From Candidatus Pacearchaeota archaeon (GTDB taxonomy: Archaea > Nanobdellota > Nanobdellia > Pacearchaeales > GW2011-AR1): DNA of 64,000 nt. Made by a program: the position numbers and the translations under genes. The first letter of the stretch is position 1, and every line of letters starts with the position of its first letter. Positions 62,281 to 64,000 of this stretch are shown here, piece by piece. Where the stretch lies: contig JAGVWT010000002.1 in NCBI GenBank assembly GCA_018304175.1, positions 564-64,563 of the forward strand, written 5' to 3'. The notes below the pieces were generated by a model that was not told the DNA's origin, did not search any database, and worked only from the letters and a program-made list of their open reading frames with translations.

Positions 62281-63399
62281 ATGAAAAAGAAAATATTTAT
62301 TTTGTTCTTGGTCTTTTCAATTGCACTTCTCTCATTTTTAAGGGCAGATATTTTCTCAATAAATTCCGGAGGCGGTAACGAAATTATTATTGATTCATTT
62401 GTGTACGGAGAAGGGGGTGTTTTTTCTTGCGTTCCTCAAACTTGCAGTGAGTTTGGATTTAATTGTGGAACTTATGTGGAATTTTGCGGGACAACTTTGA
62501 GTTGTGGCTCGTGTGCTTCAGGATTCACATGTACTAGCAATGTTTGCGTCGCTGTGCCTGCTGCGCCTAGCGAAGAAGAAACCGGGAGCGGAGCAGGGGG
62601 TGGTGGAGGTGGAGGAACTTTTGTTACTTCAGGAATTAACTTTGGAGATTTAATTGTAACGCCCGCTGAAGTAAGCGTATCTGCAATCCAAGGAATAGAA
62701 GAACAAAGAGAATTAATTTTAAGGAACAACGGGCAACTGACTATTTTTGCAAGCCTTGAAGTATTTGGAGAAGACATACGGGGAATAGTCGAATTAAGCG
62801 AAGCTACATCCTCTATAAGAGCTGGTGAAGAAAAAATAATCATACTCACCATCAATTCTGAAAGCAAAGAATTGTTAACGGGAAAAATTTTGGTAAGATA
62901 TTCTGGTTATACAAAAGAGGTTCCCGTTGTTATAGGAACAAAAACTGAAAATTTCCTGTTTGATATTTCTGTTTTTATCAGCGACACGTTTAAAAAAATA
63001 ACTCCTGGAAACAGGATAAACGCGCAGTTTAATTTAATTGAAGTCGGGCTTAATGAAAAAGTTGATGTTGTTGCGACATACATAATAAAAGACTTTGAAG
63101 GAAATAGTTATTATGAAGAAAGCGAGACTTTTTTTGTCCAAGATGAAAAAACTTACTCAAAAGAATTTAATACTGAAAACTTAGAAGCAGGAAAGTATGT
63201 TTTGGGATTTGGGATTGAATACCCTGGAGCTTTTGCTATTTCATCTTCAACTTTTGAAATATCTAAACCATTTTTAGGGCTTAATTTGATTACAATCATA
63301 ATAATTATAATTTTACTGGTTGGAATTGTTTTTGTTGTGTGGATTTCAAGAAGGATTATCCTGCGAAATCGCCTGCTCAGAAAATACAAAAGTAAATGA
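62281..63399 (+). CDS. secreted Cys-rich / Gly-run surface protein with a C-terminal TM anchor
   Basis: Signal peptide, CVPQTCSEFGFNCGTYVEFCGTTLSCGSCASGFTCTSNVC, GSGAGGGGGGG, and a C-terminal TM (LITIIIIIILLVGIVFVVWI). Confidence 0.55.
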   Translation: MKKKIFILFLVFSIALLSFLRADIFSINSGGGNEIIIDSFVYGEGGVFSCVPQTCSEFGFNCGTYVEFCGTTLSCGSCASGFTCTSNVCVAVPAAPSEEETGSGAGGGGGGGTFVTSGINFGDLIVTPAEVSVSAIQGIEEQRELILRNNGQLTIFASLEVFGEDIRGIVELSEATSSIRAGEEKIIILTINSESKELLTGKILVRYSGYTKEVPVVIGTKTENFLFDISVFISDTFKKITPGNRINAQFNLIEVGLNEKVDVVATYIIKDFEGNSYYEESETFFVQDEKTYSKEFNTENLEAGKYVLGFGIEYPGAFAISSSTFEISKPFLGLNLITIIIIIILLVGIVFVVWISRRIILRNRLLRKYKSK

Positions 63400-63438
63400 T
63401 AGAGTAAAGTTTAAATGTGTAAAATGTGTTTTGTAGAA

Positions 63439-64000
63439 ATGAAAAGAGGCTCACAGGTTTGCTCGTTTTCCTCACGAGCCTGTAAAAGAGGAGTTTTATT
63501 AGTCGTTGCAATTTTCTTAGTATTTTCTCTGATTTTCCTGATTTCCGGTAAGATTGAAACAAAAAGTGTATTACTGAAATATACACTCAATAAAGACAGT
63601 GTTCAAACAAAATATATCAGCATTTCCAGTGATGAAGGAGGAGAAATAGATTTGAGTGTTAATGGAATAGAAAAAGGAGTTATATTAGACCATGACAGTA
63701 TTGTGCTTGAAGAAGGGGAGGAAAAACAAGTTGAGGTTTTATTTGACACTAATTCTGTAAGTGAAGGGGTTTACGTTGGGAATATTAAACTAATGGGAAA
63801 TGGTGAAGAAAAAATTATTCCTGTAATATTTGAAGTAGAATCTGAAGATGTCTTTTTTGATTCCAATCTTGAGATTCCGTCAAGATATTCAAACATCGCC
63901 CCAGGTGGAACAATGACCCTGCAAATAAATGTCTTTGATTTGCTCGCAGGAGGTGGTCTTCAAGAAGGATTGGGAACATCATCAGTAGATGTAGAATACA
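63439..64000 (+). CDS. paralogue of 62281..63399, 3'-truncated by the window edge (not in the ORF track)
   Basis: Hand translation MKRGSQVCSFSSRACKRGVLLVVAIFLVFSLIFLISG...KIIPVIFEVESEDVFFDSNLEIP stays open to nt 64000. It resembles ...EVPVVIGTKTENFLFDISV of the upstream gene. Confidence 0.5.
   Translation, partial: MKRGSQVCSFSSRACKRGVLLVVAIFLVFSLIFLISGKIETKSVLLKYTLNKDSVQTKYISISSDEGGEIDLSVNGIEKGVILDHDSIVLEEGEEKQVEVLFDTNSVSEGVYVGNIKLMGNGEEKIIPVIFEVESEDVFFDSNLEIPSRYSNIAPGGTMTLQINVFDLLAGGGLQEGLGTSSVDVEY

Noticed and set aside
1-64000. Possibility that the contig is bacterial (for example CPR), given the sigma-54-like and sigma-70-like genes and the LemA, HtpX and RelE genes.
   Set aside because: The aaRS types, archaeal DnaG, uS12/uS7 with archaeal extensions, DtdA, diphthine synthase, Rpp30-like and TrmB genes, the archaeal-type initiator tRNA (A1-U72), the BHB-type tRNA intron and the class III signal peptide all point to an archaeon. 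The sigma-like genes share the local composition.
1-64000. Search for transposase, integrase, reverse transcriptase or TnpB-like ORFs that could mobilise the E and R repeats.
   Set aside because: No ORF in the six-frame track shows DDE, tyrosine- or serine-recombinase, RT or RuvC-like motifs recognisable by eye. The repeats are therefore reported as non-autonomous or of unknown mechanism.

Overview
Visibly AT-rich, gene-dense segment that reads as a small-genome, DPANN-like archaeal chromosome. Informational genes are archaeal in type: ThrRS with the archaeal editing domain, archaeal/eukaryal TrpRS, PheRS alpha and beta, IleRS, ArgRS, ribosomal S12 and S7, archaeal DnaG, RNase HII, DtdA, diphthine synthase, an Rpp30-like protein and TrmB. 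Metabolic genes are few: PEP synthase, purD, pyrC, pyrD, pyrH. There are many secreted or membrane-anchored hypothetical proteins. I can fold five tRNA genes by eye: Thr-GGU, Gln-CUG, Glu-CUC with a roughly 146-nt intron, initiator Met-CAU and Ser-GCU. Four things stand out. (1) A translationally coupled minus-strand operon encodes a radical-SAM/SPASM enzyme, a 68-aa peptide and a TraB-like putative protease. The peptide's C-terminus is six W-x-(D/N/K) triplets ending NWSKSS (darobactin core is WNWSKSF), so this is a candidate archaeal cyclophane-type RiPP system. The rSAM gene carries a 1-nt frameshift in a G run. (2) Three of the five tRNA genes are bracketed by a conserved 50-70 nt structured element. 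Each element is followed by an exact 13-22 nt duplicate of that tRNA's own 5' or 3' terminus, and tRNA-Thr is fully nested. (3) Two bacterial-type sigma-like genes, one sigma-54-like and one sigma-70-like, sit among archaeal genes. (4) A dispersed GC-rich palindromic intergenic repeat family occurs at ten or more loci. Other points: an SMC-head protein with a Rad50-style CxxC exactly at mid-length instead of a hinge, a PP2C / Ser-Pro-rich miniprotein / kinase-like cluster, a RelE/AbrB toxin-antitoxin pair, and several truncated genes. I saw no CRISPR array, rRNA gene, transposase or integrase. All family assignments come from motifs read by eye, and no database search was possible.
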